Of a DNA stretch of 64,000 nucleotides, positions 19,237 to 29,883 are shown in pieces. The stretch lies in NCBI GenBank assembly GCA_963847185.1, contig CAWJYV010000004.1, forward strand, positions 64,001-128,000, read 5' to 3'. The translations under genes were made by a program, and so were the position numbers. Origin of the DNA: an uncultured Methanosarcinaceae archaeon (GTDB taxonomy: Archaea > Halobacteriota > Methanosarcinia > Methanosarcinales > Methanosarcinaceae). Every line of letters begins with the position of its first letter. The first letter of the stretch is position 1. The notes beneath the pieces are model-generated. The model searched no databases and had not been told where the DNA came from. It saw only the letters and a list, made by a program, of their open reading frames with translations.

Positions 19237-19756
19237 GGTAAGTCTCCATTATTGAGTTTTAAATTAGAGAAATGTATTAATTCCCTCAATTTCTTTTAGA
19301 AGAAAATCTGGGAAGCATTTGTAAGCTTTGATATTTGTAATCTGGAATGTATCTCACAGGAGGTTTACGTTATTATGTGCACAGTTATAATTAATTTATA
19401 AAGTTATAAAGTTTTCTACAAACACTTTTTAAAGATAAAGGATAAGATTTCAGTCGCGTCTTCGAGTTATTGATCAAATCAGAAAAAGCGAGTGCGCCTC
19501 CGGCATTCCAGAAAATATAGAGAGATTCGTATGCTTACTATTTTCTATAACTCAGACCCATTACCCAATTATGGATGGCAAATTTATTGATTTATTCTGG
19601 ACTTTCTTAAAGCTACTTTTTAATGTGTCATTAAAAAGATATTTTTTTATAATAGATAGATGCAAAAGAGATAAGCCTGCAAAGGCTATCAACAGGAACT
19701 CTGGTTTACATTTTTCTGCAGGGTCCGCTAGTAAAACATGTGTGAGGTTTTGAGTA

Positions 19757-20335
19757 ATGTCAGAAGAGAACCGTGTCGGTAGTAAGATACGCCAGCTTAG
19801 AGAAGCCAAGGAGATGACCGTCGAAGAACTGGCTGAGGCCAGTCAGAGCAGCGTGGAATTAATCCAGCAGTTAGAAGACGGAGCCCTGGTTCCATCCTTA
19901 ACGCCTCTTTTAAAGATTGCCCGGGCTTTAGGCGTCCGCCTAGGTACTTTTCTGGACGATATGCCCCAGAGCGGACCTGTAGTTGTCAGGGCAGGGCTGT
20001 CTGAGAATGTAGTTCGTTTTTCGGGAAAGACTGAGAGACCAAAAAAGAGTGCTCTTGATTTTTATTCCCTTGCTTCGGACAAAGCAGACCGCCATATGGA
20101 GCCTTTCATAATTGATATCCATCCTTCTCCTGAGGAAAGCCATATGCTCTCTTCTCATGAAGGAGAGGAGTTTATCTATGTCCTTTCAGGGGAAATCGAG
20201 ATTTTTTATGGTAAGGATGTTCATAGGCTGAACGCCGGAGACAGCATTTACTATGATTCGATTGTTCCGCATGACGTCCATGCAGCAGGAAAAGAGGATG
20301 CAAAAATACTGGCTGTAGTTTATGCTCCTCTGTGA
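19757..20335 (+). CDS. XRE-family HTH / cupin transcriptional regulator
   Basis: N-terminal HTH ([10 protein letters not shown]...[10 protein letters not shown]), C-terminal cupin [12 protein letters not shown]...YYDSIVPH. Confidence 0.92.
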   Translation: MSEENRVGSKIRQLREAKEMTVEELAEASQSSVELIQQLEDGALVPSLTPLLKIARALGVRLGTFLDDMPQSGPVVVRAGLSENVVRFSGKTERPKKSALDFYSLASDKADRHMEPFIIDIHPSPEESHMLSSHEGEEFIYVLSGEIEIFYGKDVHRLNAGDSIYYDSIVPHDVHAAGKEDAKILAVVYAPL

Positions 20336-20439
20336 ATTCGCAATCAGGTAGAGAAGAAAGTAAAACTTAACATTAATTAGCGGGAAGTTCGAAACTAAAG
20401 GAAATCAGATATTAGTATTAAAAATTCAGGGAATCCAAA

Positions 20440-20883
20440 ATGTTCAGTACAATAGTCAGTCCACGCTTTGGGGACATAGACGGGCTTGGGCATGTAAACA
20501 ATACAGTCCTCCCGGCATGGTTCGAAATAGGAAGAAACTCCGTGTTCCGGCTTTTTTCACCGGATCTTGATCTCAGCCCTGATGTGTGGCACCTTATTCT
20601 TGTCAGGACCGAGTTTGATTTTCTGCGCCAGATGTATTTCAGGTCTGATGTGGAGATCAGGACGTTTATTGCAAGAATAGGGAACAGTTCCTTTACTGTC
20701 GGGCACGAGGCCTGGCAGGAAGGGGAACTTAAAGTAAAGGGCCAGGCAGTGCTGGTCTACTATGACTTCAAGCTCCAGAAAGCAATCCCCCTTCCTGATT
20801 CGATCCGTGACATGTTGAAAGAACATATGCTTCCTGTGATGGAAACTGCTGAGCTTGATACGGATTCTCCCTGTTCTGTTTGA
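20440..20883 (+). CDS. Acyl-CoA thioesterase (4HBT/hot-dog fold)
   Basis: RFGDIDGLGHVNN...WFEIGR; IGNSSF. Confidence 0.9.
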   Translation: MFSTIVSPRFGDIDGLGHVNNTVLPAWFEIGRNSVFRLFSPDLDLSPDVWHLILVRTEFDFLRQMYFRSDVEIRTFIARIGNSSFTVGHEAWQEGELKVKGQAVLVYYDFKLQKAIPLPDSIRDMLKEHMLPVMETAELDTDSPCSV

Positions 20884-20990
20884 GTGTACTTATGGAACGC
20901 CCGCAAACTGGATTTTAAAGTACAGGATTTGTTCCTGCACTTAAGTCAACAGTCTTTAAAGGTAAATAGTGCAAGTGAGAGGCTAAAACC

Positions 20991-22640
20991 ATGTATCTTA
21001 TAGAAGATTCTCTAGGAGAATACTTTGAAAAACAGGTGGCTGTAGACCCCGATCACGAATTTATAGTTTATCCGGACCGTAACCTGCGTTTTACTTACGG
21101 GCAGTTCAACGAAAGAGTCAATAACCTTGCAAAAGGGCTGCTTGCCATAGGGATAAAAAAGGGAGACCATGTAGGAATCTGGGCAAAGAATGTCCCTGAT
21201 TGGCTAACTTTCATGTTTGCCACTGCAAAAATCGGAGCAGTGCTTGTAACTGTGAATACTGCTTATAAGAGCCATGAAGTAGAGTATGTGCTCAAACAGT
21301 CAGATATGAAGGCTCTGGCTCTTATTGACAGCTTTAGGGACGTTGATTATCTTGAAATTATCAACGAACTGGTGCCTGAGCTCAAAAGCTCAGAAAGAGG
21401 GCGCTTAAAGAGTAAAAATTTCCCCCACTTAAAGAGCGTTATTTACGTAGGCCAGGAAAAGCACAGGGGTATGTATAATACCAGCGAACTTATGCTTCTC
21501 GGCAGCCATTATCCAGATGATGAACTAAAAGAAATTCTGGCCAGCGTCAGTGGAGACGATGTGGTCAATATGCAGTATACTTCCGGAACTACAGGTTTCC
21601 CGAAAGGTGTCATGCTGACCAGTAAAAACATCCTCAACAATGGGCTTTCCATAGGTGACCGCCAGAAGTTCACTCCTGCAGATAGGCTATGTTTGCCTGT
21701 GCCTCTTTTCCACTGCTTCGGGATTGTACTTGGAGTTATGGCAGTTTTGACCCACAGGGCTACACTTGTCATGCTTGAGGTTTTCGACCCTCTCCTGGTG
21801 CTTGCTGCAGTCCAGAAAGAAAAGTGTACGGCTCTCTATGGTGTGCCTACGATGTTTATTGCCGAGTATACCCATCCGATGTTTGATATGTTTGACCTCT
21901 CTTCCATGAGGACAGGGATCATGGCTGGCTCGACATGCCCTGTGGAAGCCATGAAAAAGGTCGTAAAAGATATGCACTGCTATCAGATTACCAGTGTTTA
22001 CGGACTTACGGAAGCCTCCCCTGGAATGACCCAGACAACCGTGGATGATCCTGTAGAACTCAGGGTCGAAACCGTAGGTAAATGTTTTCCGGGTGTAGAA
22101 GTAAGGGTAGTTGACCCTAATACCAATGAACCGGTGCCCTCAAACACTGTAGGAGAGATATGCTGCCGCGGGTATAATATAATGAAAGGTTACTATAAGA
22201 TGCCCGAAGAAACGAAAAAAGTTATCGATGAAGGCGGCTGGCTTCACAGTGGAGATCTTGGAACCTGTGACGAAAATGGCTACTACAGGATTACTGGTCG
22301 TATAAAGGATATGATTATTCGGGGTGGAGAAAACATTTATCCTCGGGAAATTGAAGAGTTTCTGCATGAGATGCCCGGAGTTAAAGATGCCCAGGTTGTG
22401 GGCATGCCTGATAAAAAATATGGGGAAATTGTAGGAGCTTTTGTGATTCTGGAAAAGGGTGCAGATCTTACAGAAGCCGACATAAGGGACTACGCTGTAA
22501 GCAAGATCGCCCGCTACAAGGTTCCGAGACATATTTTTATTGTGGACGAATACCCGCTTACTGCAAGCGGCAAAATCCAGAAATATAAGCTAAGGGAACT
22601 GGCTGTAGAGCTCCTTAAAAAACAGGAGAATGGCTGTTAA
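20991..22640 (+). CDS. AMP-binding acyl-CoA synthetase
   Basis: [51 protein letters not shown]. Confidence 0.95.
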   Translation: MYLIEDSLGEYFEKQVAVDPDHEFIVYPDRNLRFTYGQFNERVNNLAKGLLAIGIKKGDHVGIWAKNVPDWLTFMFATAKIGAVLVTVNTAYKSHEVEYVLKQSDMKALALIDSFRDVDYLEIINELVPELKSSERGRLKSKNFPHLKSVIYVGQEKHRGMYNTSELMLLGSHYPDDELKEILASVSGDDVVNMQYTSGTTGFPKGVMLTSKNILNNGLSIGDRQKFTPADRLCLPVPLFHCFGIVLGVMAVLTHRATLVMLEVFDPLLVLAAVQKEKCTALYGVPTMFIAEYTHPMFDMFDLSSMRTGIMAGSTCPVEAMKKVVKDMHCYQITSVYGLTEASPGMTQTTVDDPVELRVETVGKCFPGVEVRVVDPNTNEPVPSNTVGEICCRGYNIMKGYYKMPEETKKVIDEGGWLHSGDLGTCDENGYYRITGRIKDMIIRGGENIYPREIEEFLHEMPGVKDAQVVGMPDKKYGEIVGAFVILEKGADLTEADIRDYAVSKIARYKVPRHIFIVDEYPLTASGKIQKYKLRELAVELLKKQENGC

Positions 22641-22663
22641 AACAGAAGAACTGCATAAAAAGA

Positions 22664-22711
22664 CAGGATCATTAACAGGATCGTTAATAGGATAGTTAAT
22701 AGGATAATTAA
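22664..22711. repeat. Degenerate 12-bp tandem repeat (AGGATMRTTAAY x4)
   Basis: aggatcattaac aggatcgttaat aggatagttaat aggataattaa. Confidence 0.7.
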
Positions 22712-22757
22712 TTCAGTATATCGGCCATAAGGCCGGTATTTTTCCATTAAAATTTTA

Positions 22758-22883
22758 GTTGTGGGTGAGAGTTATGGAAAATAGTAAGCATAAGAATCTC
22801 TCTATCTTTTCTGAAATACAGGAGATGTACTCGTTCTTTCGGAGTTGATTAATAACTCGGAGGACACGACCAATTTTTAATTG
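22758..22883 (-). repeat. Dispersed conserved non-coding element, copy 3
   Basis: AAGCATAAGAATCTCTC...AAATAC...GATGTACTC...AATAACTCG...ACACGACCAA shared with 5626-5751. Confidence 0.65.
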
Positions 22884-23084
22884 ACTGTTTTTAGTTGACT
22901 GTTTTTTTGCGTTAAAATTTTGAAGCAATTAAAAAATTAGATGTCGCCATATATTAACATTTCATTATAGTTTTGTATTAGATTGTAAAATGCGCTCTCA
23001 TACAAAACTTCACGAGAATGCAAAAATGGAAGGCCTTTGAATATTTAACGTAATTTATTATATATAGAATTTCAGCATTAGAAG

Positions 23085-23365
23085 GATGTAATTGTAGGAG
23101 AAAGGCTATATGCACTGTTGTGCCGAACTAATGGGGAGTTTTTACAGGGTTTTATCTGATTGAGAGTTCAGGGGTCATTATTAAGAACTCTTAATCATCG
23201 CCACAACAATATAACCGCAGCAAACAAGATCTTTACAGCTTTCTCTTGCAATTGGATGGAGAATATGTGGGAGTATTCTTCAAAGGGGGTTTCATCTGAT
23301 TGAGGGCCAGGGACAATAATAAAAGGCTCTCAATCAATCACTAATCTTTTTTCCATTCTCTTTTC
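23085..23365 (+). ncRNA. Candidate small transcript with two paralogous hairpin modules
   Basis: TTATATATA box near 23057; stems 23157-23197 and 23297-23336; T-tract after 23345. Confidence 0.45.
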
Positions 23366-23709
23366 TTCATTTGTTTAAGTACAACTTCTTCTATTATTTC
23401 CAATCGTCTTTAACTTCTAAGCAAAAATTATGATTCGGATAGGATGCCTAAAGAATGGTAAATCTCTATAACTTTATTTAATCAATTATCCCCTAAATAC
23501 TCCTATACCTTTACTAATTATTTTGAATAACTAATAACTATGCCATCCTATTTAAGTCCTTTGATGCTACACCTTTGCTATGTGAATACTAATAAACACT
23601 AATTTTATTCTCTCATATACTCAATTTTCTTGTGTCTCTTTTTTTGGACTTACCTTTAAAATAGTTCTCAGACATATGTGTTTAAGAAGCTGTCATTTAC
23701 TTTTTCTTA

Positions 23710-23947
23710 GAGCGTGTCTTAAAATTAAATTTGATTCTACAATTGGATCGGACTTATCCATTTGAACTGAAAAACGGTAGCATTAAACTGTTAAATATCT
23801 AAAATGTGAATTTTAACCATGACGCCTAATGTGTTTGGTTTTATACTTGAGCGATCAAGTCCGATGTAATAAATTTACGGTCTAAGTTTAAAATCAACGA
23901 TGCCTACTATCCAAATGTAGAAATGGTTTGAATTTTAAGACAGCCTC
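23710..23947. mobile_element. MITE with IS5-type ends
   Basis: TIR GAGCGTGTCTTAAAATT / AATTTTAAGACAGCCTC, TTA on both flanks; same end as IS5 remnant at 59681. Confidence 0.8.
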
Positions 23948-24208
23948 TTAGAAATTTGCATATAATAATTAATACATTATTGCACAAAAATAGTATAGAA
24001 CTATCATTTAGTGCTACTTTAATGAACAATTGATTAGTTCTCATATTATAGAAATTACAAATTTTCAGACAACTTAAATATTATTTTAGAATCTTACATC
24101 CATATTGGAAATTTGAAGAATTGAAAGGGTCATTTTGAATGTTAAATTATATATAAAAATCCTCTTAATAACTCTTATTGTGATATAAACACAATGGGGG
24201 AGTGAAAT

Positions 24209-24439
24209 ATAGCTGATAAGACTGACAAAGTCGCTGAAAATATTCCTGGGCCTTATTATTGTGACTACAGTTGCATAGCGTGCCACGTGTGTGTAGATAC
24301 TGCACCAGAGAATTTCAAGATGAATGACGATGACTCCAATGCTTTTGTATATAAGCAGCCAGAAAACGATGAAGAAACAGAAGCCTGTGAAGAGGCATTA
24401 GAAAGCTGCCCTGTAGATGCGATTGGAAACGACGGCTAA
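24209..24439 (+). CDS. Single-cluster ferredoxin (76 aa), absent from the ORF track; apparent ATA start
   Basis: (I)ADKTDKVAENIPGPYYCDYSCIACHVCVDTAPENF...ALESCPVDAIGNDG: CxxCxxC...CP; RBS GGAGTGA; in-frame TGA two codons upstream. Confidence 0.85.
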   Translation: MADKTDKVAENIPGPYYCDYSCIACHVCVDTAPENFKMNDDDSNAFVYKQPENDEETEACEEALESCPVDAIGNDG

Positions 24440-24514
24440 AAATAGCTATTTCAGGTATGCCAAGTTTACCTGATTTCCCTATATTTTACCTATTTTACCT
24501 ATTCACCTATTTTT

Positions 24515-25285
24515 TTATTCCCGCCCGATTTCGTAGTATATTCTGGAAAGTCCCTGCAAAGTTGAGTATCCTTTTCTTGTGATGATATAGTCTCCACGTT
24601 CATTCCTCTGTAAAACCATGCCTGCCTCAAGCAGTTTTTGGAGGTGGAAAAGCAGGTTTCCTCCGCGCAGCCCTGTAAGTTTGGAAAGCTCAGAAAAAGT
24701 TTTACTTTCGCCTGAAATCGCCTTGAGCATCAGGAGACGCTGTTTATTTGCTACCGGCTCGCAGACCTCAGAGACCAACCTGTCAGGTTCCATTTCGCTT
24801 ATGTCAGCCTTTTTATTTTCTTCTTCTCTCTCTTCATAGATTTGGAGGGAACGCATAAGTTTTACTTGCTTTTCAAAAAGATTGGAAGCTTCCGAAAAAC
24901 ACCTGTTGCAGCTGGGATTTTTTGCCTCCTTTTTTAACTTTTCCAGCCTGTCCCTATATTGCTTTAGAGTCTCAGCATCAATTTTGCCTTTTCCCATAAG
25001 GCCTGCTGTTTCCTGCAAAAATTCCCTGAAAGTCGTTTCGCAAAGTTCCCTCATTCCGCAGTCTCTTGTCTGGCTACTAATTCTTTCGCATGCATCCTCA
25101 CAGAGGTAGTCAACCATAGGCTTCATGAAACTCTTCCTCATCTCCGCAAGCATTCCCTCGATATGCTGCTGGTTTGCCCTCTGCAAAAAGCGTGAAAATT
25201 CATTTCTTAAAGATGTAACTTCTTCTTTAATAGAGTGCAGTTCTTCTCTGTAATAAACCTCGGTATTTTCATTTACTGCTTCCAT
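24515..25285 (-). CDS. Winged-helix (ArsR-like) regulator with Cys-containing N-terminal domain
   Basis: C-terminal ANKQRLLMLKAI...KTFSELSKLTGLRGGNLLFHLQKLLEAG...Y.IT.KG. Confidence 0.85.
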   Translation of the reverse strand: MEAVNENTEVYYREELHSIKEEVTSLRNEFSRFLQRANQQHIEGMLAEMRKSFMKPMVDYLCEDACERISSQTRDCGMRELCETTFREFLQETAGLMGKGKIDAETLKQYRDRLEKLKKEAKNPSCNRCFSEASNLFEKQVKLMRSLQIYEEREEENKKADISEMEPDRLVSEVCEPVANKQRLLMLKAISGESKTFSELSKLTGLRGGNLLFHLQKLLEAGMVLQRNERGDYIITRKGYSTLQGLSRIYYEIGRE

Positions 25286-25575
25286 TTTTATCTGTCCCAA
25301 AATTATATACCTTGAAAAATGTTCGAAAATCGGATTAGCCAATTTATGTAATTACTGGCAGTTTCGATTAAGGAGTGATTTATTCATGCCTTTACTAATG
25401 CTGTTGACTAAAAGCTACTTTTGAAGACAAATCAATAACAACAACCATAAATTAATGTTAATGCCTTTATCAAAGGTCATCGTCAGGTTATTTTTCTGTA
25501 CAACTCCAACTAGGTACATAATTATAACGCTCAAGTATATAAATATATACAACCTTCTAGATTCTGGTGACAATC

Positions 25576-25776
25576 ATGGAATTACAGGACATAAACAACT
25601 TCGTACAGACAGCAAATGAAGAACAGCTCAAAGCCTTTGGCTTTCTCGGCCAGTGGATGATGGATATGATACCAAAATACTGCACCTGCGCCTCAAAATG
25701 TTCACAAAACTGTAAGATGGCACAGACCCTTGGCGGAGCCCTACAGACCGCAGGTCAGAGGCTTCAGGGACAATAA
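25576..25776 (+). CDS. Small Cys-cluster hypothetical protein
   Basis: YCTCASKCSQNC motif; GGTGA RBS; divergent from the regulator. Confidence 0.7.
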   Translation: MELQDINNFVQTANEEQLKAFGFLGQWMMDMIPKYCTCASKCSQNCKMAQTLGGALQTAGQRLQGQ

Positions 25777-26022
25777 GTGCAGAATGAAAGCAAAAAAGCT
25801 GTGTAGAGTGAAGTAAAGACTATAAAACTGAATCAGGAAGAGTTTTTCAAGCAGATTTCAAATAAGAAATCTGCTCTCCAATAGTTTTTTTATTTTTGTT
25901 CTTGTCTGTTGTTTATGGTCTTGTTACTGGAAGTAATTTTCTGTACTGGCCGGAGACAATGTTATACCTTTTATATAAATTGAAATATATCTCTAATTTA
26001 GAATCTGGTTGAGGAATTAAAA

Positions 26023-26466
26023 ATGGAATCGATAAAATCCGAATGGGAAAGCTTCTGGGAAGCAAAAGCCTATGCAATAGTTACGGATCATACAAAGCCT
26101 GCAATGAAATGGACCACATCCGAACTTAAAAACCGGGGCAAGAATGTCTATATTGTTGACCTGTCCGAAAACCCTGAACCCGGATCGTTAAAAAATGTAT
26201 CAGAACTTCCTCCCGGTCTTGACCGTGCAGTCCTTGGCGTCACAAAAATTGACCCTGGAGATCTTATCTCTGCCCTCCAGGAAAAAGGCATAAGTAAAAT
26301 ATGGCTCCACTGGAGAACCGAAACTCAAAAAGCCATCGAAATCTGTAAGAGTGAAGGCCTTGAATGCATGACTGAGCACTGCCCAATGCTGTACCTCGGA
26401 AGCGGTCTCAGCATACATGGGATGCACAGGGCAGTTGCGAAGATAACTGGAAAGTATTTAAAATAA
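26023..26466 (+). CDS. CoA-binding domain protein
   Basis: GAGG RBS; Rossmann-like pattern, KGISKIWLH, CPMLYL, HGMHR. Confidence 0.7.
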   Translation: MESIKSEWESFWEAKAYAIVTDHTKPAMKWTTSELKNRGKNVYIVDLSENPEPGSLKNVSELPPGLDRAVLGVTKIDPGDLISALQEKGISKIWLHWRTETQKAIEICKSEGLECMTEHCPMLYLGSGLSIHGMHRAVAKITGKYLK

Positions 26467-26595
26467 TTGGGAAATATTGAAAATAACTGGAAATTGTTAG
26501 GAAGAGGTTTTCTTTTCTTCCATAAATGCTTTTTTTCAATTTAGAAACATATACAGTTCGTTTAATCGAAACATCTTATTTCATTCGAATATCTC

Positions 26596-26703
26596 GCTAG
26601 TGTCAAAGCAACTTAATTATGGGGCGTTAATGCATAGACAACTCCTCATCCATGTCCCTTTCTTAATTATATTGACTCATAACTAAATTTCCTAGACACT
26701 AGC
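26596..26703. mobile_element. Short MITE-like element
   Basis: Inverted ends GCTAGTGTC...GACACTAGC. Confidence 0.5.
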
Positions 26704-26778
26704 TTGCTGCGGGGTGCGCCAGCGCAACTTTGATTTATAATGTATTAGATAAAGTTGAATGGAATAAAAGATGGTACA

Positions 26779-27564
26779 ATGAACCTGAAAACTGTAGATT
26801 TCTATTATTTTTCCGGAACAGGAAATACTTTTTTAATAGTTAAGAAAGTGGAGGATACTTTTAGTAGAAATGGGGTTAAGGTAAATTTGTATCGAATTGA
26901 AGGTTCAAAGCCAGATGATGTAAATTTAGAACATACTATAGGTCTGGGGTTTCCTGTAGCTGAATTATCAACTTATGATTTTGTATGGGATTTTGTAAAA
27001 TCACTTCCTGAAGCCCGGGGTACATATGTTTTTATGGTAGCTACATTTGGAGGAATTTCAGGAGGGGTTGTAGGATCTATGCGTGAAATCCTGAAGAATA
27101 AGGGGTATACGCCTATAGGGGCTGAGGAAATTGTAATGCCTCCTAATATCTTTTACATTCAGGACGAGAAAACTTGCAATGTCAAGATGGAAAAAGGAAT
27201 TAAAAAAGCTGAAGAATACGCAATGGCTCTTATGAGTGGGAAATCCAAGTGGGACAGAGCTTCTGTATTTTCTGATGTGGCCTATTATATATCCATGGCT
27301 GGTTTAAAGCTGACAGAGACGGGCATAAATCAGAAATTAATCCACCTGCAAACAGATATAAAAAAGTGCACTAAATGCGGAATATGCATTAAACTTTGCC
27401 CTGTGGGAAATATAGAGATAAAAAAAGAGTACCCAGAACACGGCTTTGAATGTAGATACTGTTTAAGATGTACGTCTTTTTGCCCCTCAAAAGCTATTTC
27501 CTGTCCTGTTAATTACAAAGGGAAGACTTACAGAGCAGTTAAAGTTAGAGAGCTTCTTAAATGA
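26779..27564 (+). CDS. EFR1-family flavodoxin-ferredoxin fusion
   Basis: YFSGTGNT, GLGFPV, two clusters CTKCGICIKLCP and CRYCLRCTSFCP. Confidence 0.9.
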   Translation: MNLKTVDFYYFSGTGNTFLIVKKVEDTFSRNGVKVNLYRIEGSKPDDVNLEHTIGLGFPVAELSTYDFVWDFVKSLPEARGTYVFMVATFGGISGGVVGSMREILKNKGYTPIGAEEIVMPPNIFYIQDEKTCNVKMEKGIKKAEEYAMALMSGKSKWDRASVFSDVAYYISMAGLKLTETGINQKLIHLQTDIKKCTKCGICIKLCPVGNIEIKKEYPEHGFECRYCLRCTSFCPSKAISCPVNYKGKTYRAVKVRELLK

Positions 27565-27689
27565 TAACCGGTTTTTATGCGTATTTTGGAAATTCTAAAA
27601 TATACACACAACTAAAACTTATACATAAGATTTCAAAATCTTTTTTCCAAAAATCGAAATATAAAAGGAGTGGAATTGGAGGTTGAATC

Positions 27690-28440
27690 CACTAACAGAG
27701 GCCCCGCATATTTACTCATAAAATCCTCCATTAAAATAAACTCTCCGCTAAATCCTGCGTAACTGCGCTCGAGTATAACGCGATCAAATAAAGGGAATGA
27801 GACCGTCAGGTCTATGGCATTGAATTCAGGACCGGTATGAAAGTTTAAAGATAACTTGCAAGCAAGAACATGAAACTTCTGTCTTTTAAGTTCTGCCGGA
27901 TTTTGCACGCGTCAACTTCATAAATTATCTCGGGCCATGCAGGAGTTTCAAGGCCAGTTGTCAGCTCCTCATTTATTAATTCACGGGCTTCTTCAGGTGG
28001 ATTATCCGTTATCTGGATAATGTCAGGCAGATATCCCATTTCATTTGCAAGGTATTTTGTAATGCTTACAGCCTAATTGCTGTCTGCAACCACCGCAAAA
28101 TAAGGATGTGACCTGGCAATTAATAGTATATCACCGACAAACTCTGCAAATCTGTAAGCACGTTTCTCCTCTCTGGCAATCAGATCTTCGATAAGTTCAG
28201 ATTGAACATTCAGCTTTTTCCGATAACTCTGAGAAATTCTGAGATTTGCTTTGGTCCTATAGGGACTCCAGGGAAGGAAATATAGGGAGTATCGAACTTT
28301 AGGGAGTATCGAACTTTAGGGAGTATCGAACTTTTCTTCCAGTTTCTGTGCCATTTTATGCCCTATCCAGCTTGAGAGGACAATATTATATTCAGCAGCC
28401 GGAATTTTCTTCAGGTTCTCAAGGGCATCAAATTCTCCTA
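27690..28440 (-). pseudogene. Nitrogenase component-1-type oxidoreductase, C-terminal remnant
   Basis: KLEEKFDTP..YISFPGVPIGPKQ..EFLRV, FAVVADSN*AVSITKYLANEMGYLP, VSFPLFDRVILERSYAG; frameshifts and stop. Confidence 0.7.
28284..28334. repeat. Perfect 17-bp tandem repeat x3 (AGGGAGTATCGAACTTT)
   Basis: Three exact copies, inside the pseudogene. Confidence 0.95.
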
Positions 28441-28964
28441 CTATCAGATTTGGCTTATGCCTACTTTCAAGAATCGTTTTTAGCTCTCTTGCTTCTCTTC
28501 TCCAGAATATATGCTACGGAAGAACCATCCATAATACTTCTATCAACCTTTTTTACTTTCAGGAGTTTTTTCAAGAAGGTAATCGATTACAGCATCAAAG
28601 TAACACTCATAACCTTCATATGAGGTTCCTGCAAAAGGAGGTTAGCGGGAAAAAAATGGCTGAGATAACAGACGAATTAATGATTCGTGGAAATCACATT
28701 AAAAGCAGTGAGCGAAAGTTCATAGATTCTGATTGAATCTTGTCTTCTAATTAACGCAGCAATGAAAGGCTTGTTGTTTTACTGATGTATAGGTTTACGA
28801 TAAAGCTTATACATCGATAGTCCATCAATTTATTCAAGAAACCACTAAAGTCATTTCTGGAATTGTTCAGATTATTTACTGCATTTAAGATTTAGTGAAA
28901 TATTTTAACTGACCTTCCGCAGATGTCTTACAAATTTATTAATTTTCTCCATTAATCTATAAAT

Positions 28965-29095
28965 GAGCCTATCCCATAACTCAAAACTGCGTCTCCAAAT
29001 CTCAAATTAGGAATAATCAATGAGTTTCCCATCATGGAAAATAGTTCTAAAACTCTTATCGATTTTGAGAATAATACTGGTTTTGGGATGAGTTC
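28965..29095. mobile_element. MITE-like element, family B (131 bp)
   Basis: GAGCCTATCCCATAAC / GTTTTGGGATGAGTTC ends; same length and ends as 61385-61515. Confidence 0.7.
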
Positions 29096-29264
29096 TTAGT
29101 TGATATTTTCTTGCTGGGGACTGTTGATAGAATTAGGGATTGTTTTAAATTCATTAAGAGTATTTTCTGGCAATCAAGTATATTGGAATTGCAAGTAAGG
29201 CTAAATAGGATTCTGGGTGCAAAGCCCATTAGTAGAAATTTATATATATGAATAACTAGGTAAT

Positions 29265-29415
29265 AAGCAACCGTATTCTTTCTAATATCGGAAAGAATAA
29301 GGGTTCTTCACTCTGCATATCCACAAAACCTTCCATAAGAACAAACCGGCAATACTCTTATAATGCAGAGTTTGAAGAACCTGAAAAACGTTTTTCATTT
29401 TTTTACGTTTTTTTA
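29265..29415 (+). ncRNA. Candidate small RNA
   Basis: TTTATATATA box at 29239; stem 29274-29299; long stem 29302-29318/29363-29381; T-tracts after; no ORF. Confidence 0.55.
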
Positions 29416-29883
29416 ATGCTAATAAGAGGTTGGGTTTTTCCCAGCTTAGTCCAGTAATTCCGATTTGCTGTAGTTCCGGATGAGGATTCTATTCGTTTTA
29501 CAATTTTTCCTAAATAGTTCACAAGAAAAGTCTTCATTTCATCGATTCTGTTTCATCCTGAAATTATTTCTCAGATTCAAAACCATTTAAAAATTCAATA
29601 TACTATACAAAAGCAAGCGACGCAAAAGGTTAAACATTGAGTAAATTCCAATTCTGTTTTGGTACTTGGAATGATCATGTAATATGAAACAAATATGAGT
29701 TGAAGTAAAAATAATGGGTTACCTGTATACGAGATATAAGTGAAATGAAATAAATTAAAAAAGCAAAATAATTTTGGGATAAAACAGTCTAATATAGATG
29801 TAGCACTACTTACATAAAGTATTCAGACCTTAACCTCGAACATAATTTATAGATTCCAATCCAAGTTTTCAGCTGGAGCAGTT

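Noticed and set aside
28070-28080. Pyrrolysine codon in the nitrogenase-like relic (DSN-TAG-AV)
   Set aside because: The gene has several frameshifts, so a nonsense mutation is the simpler explanation.
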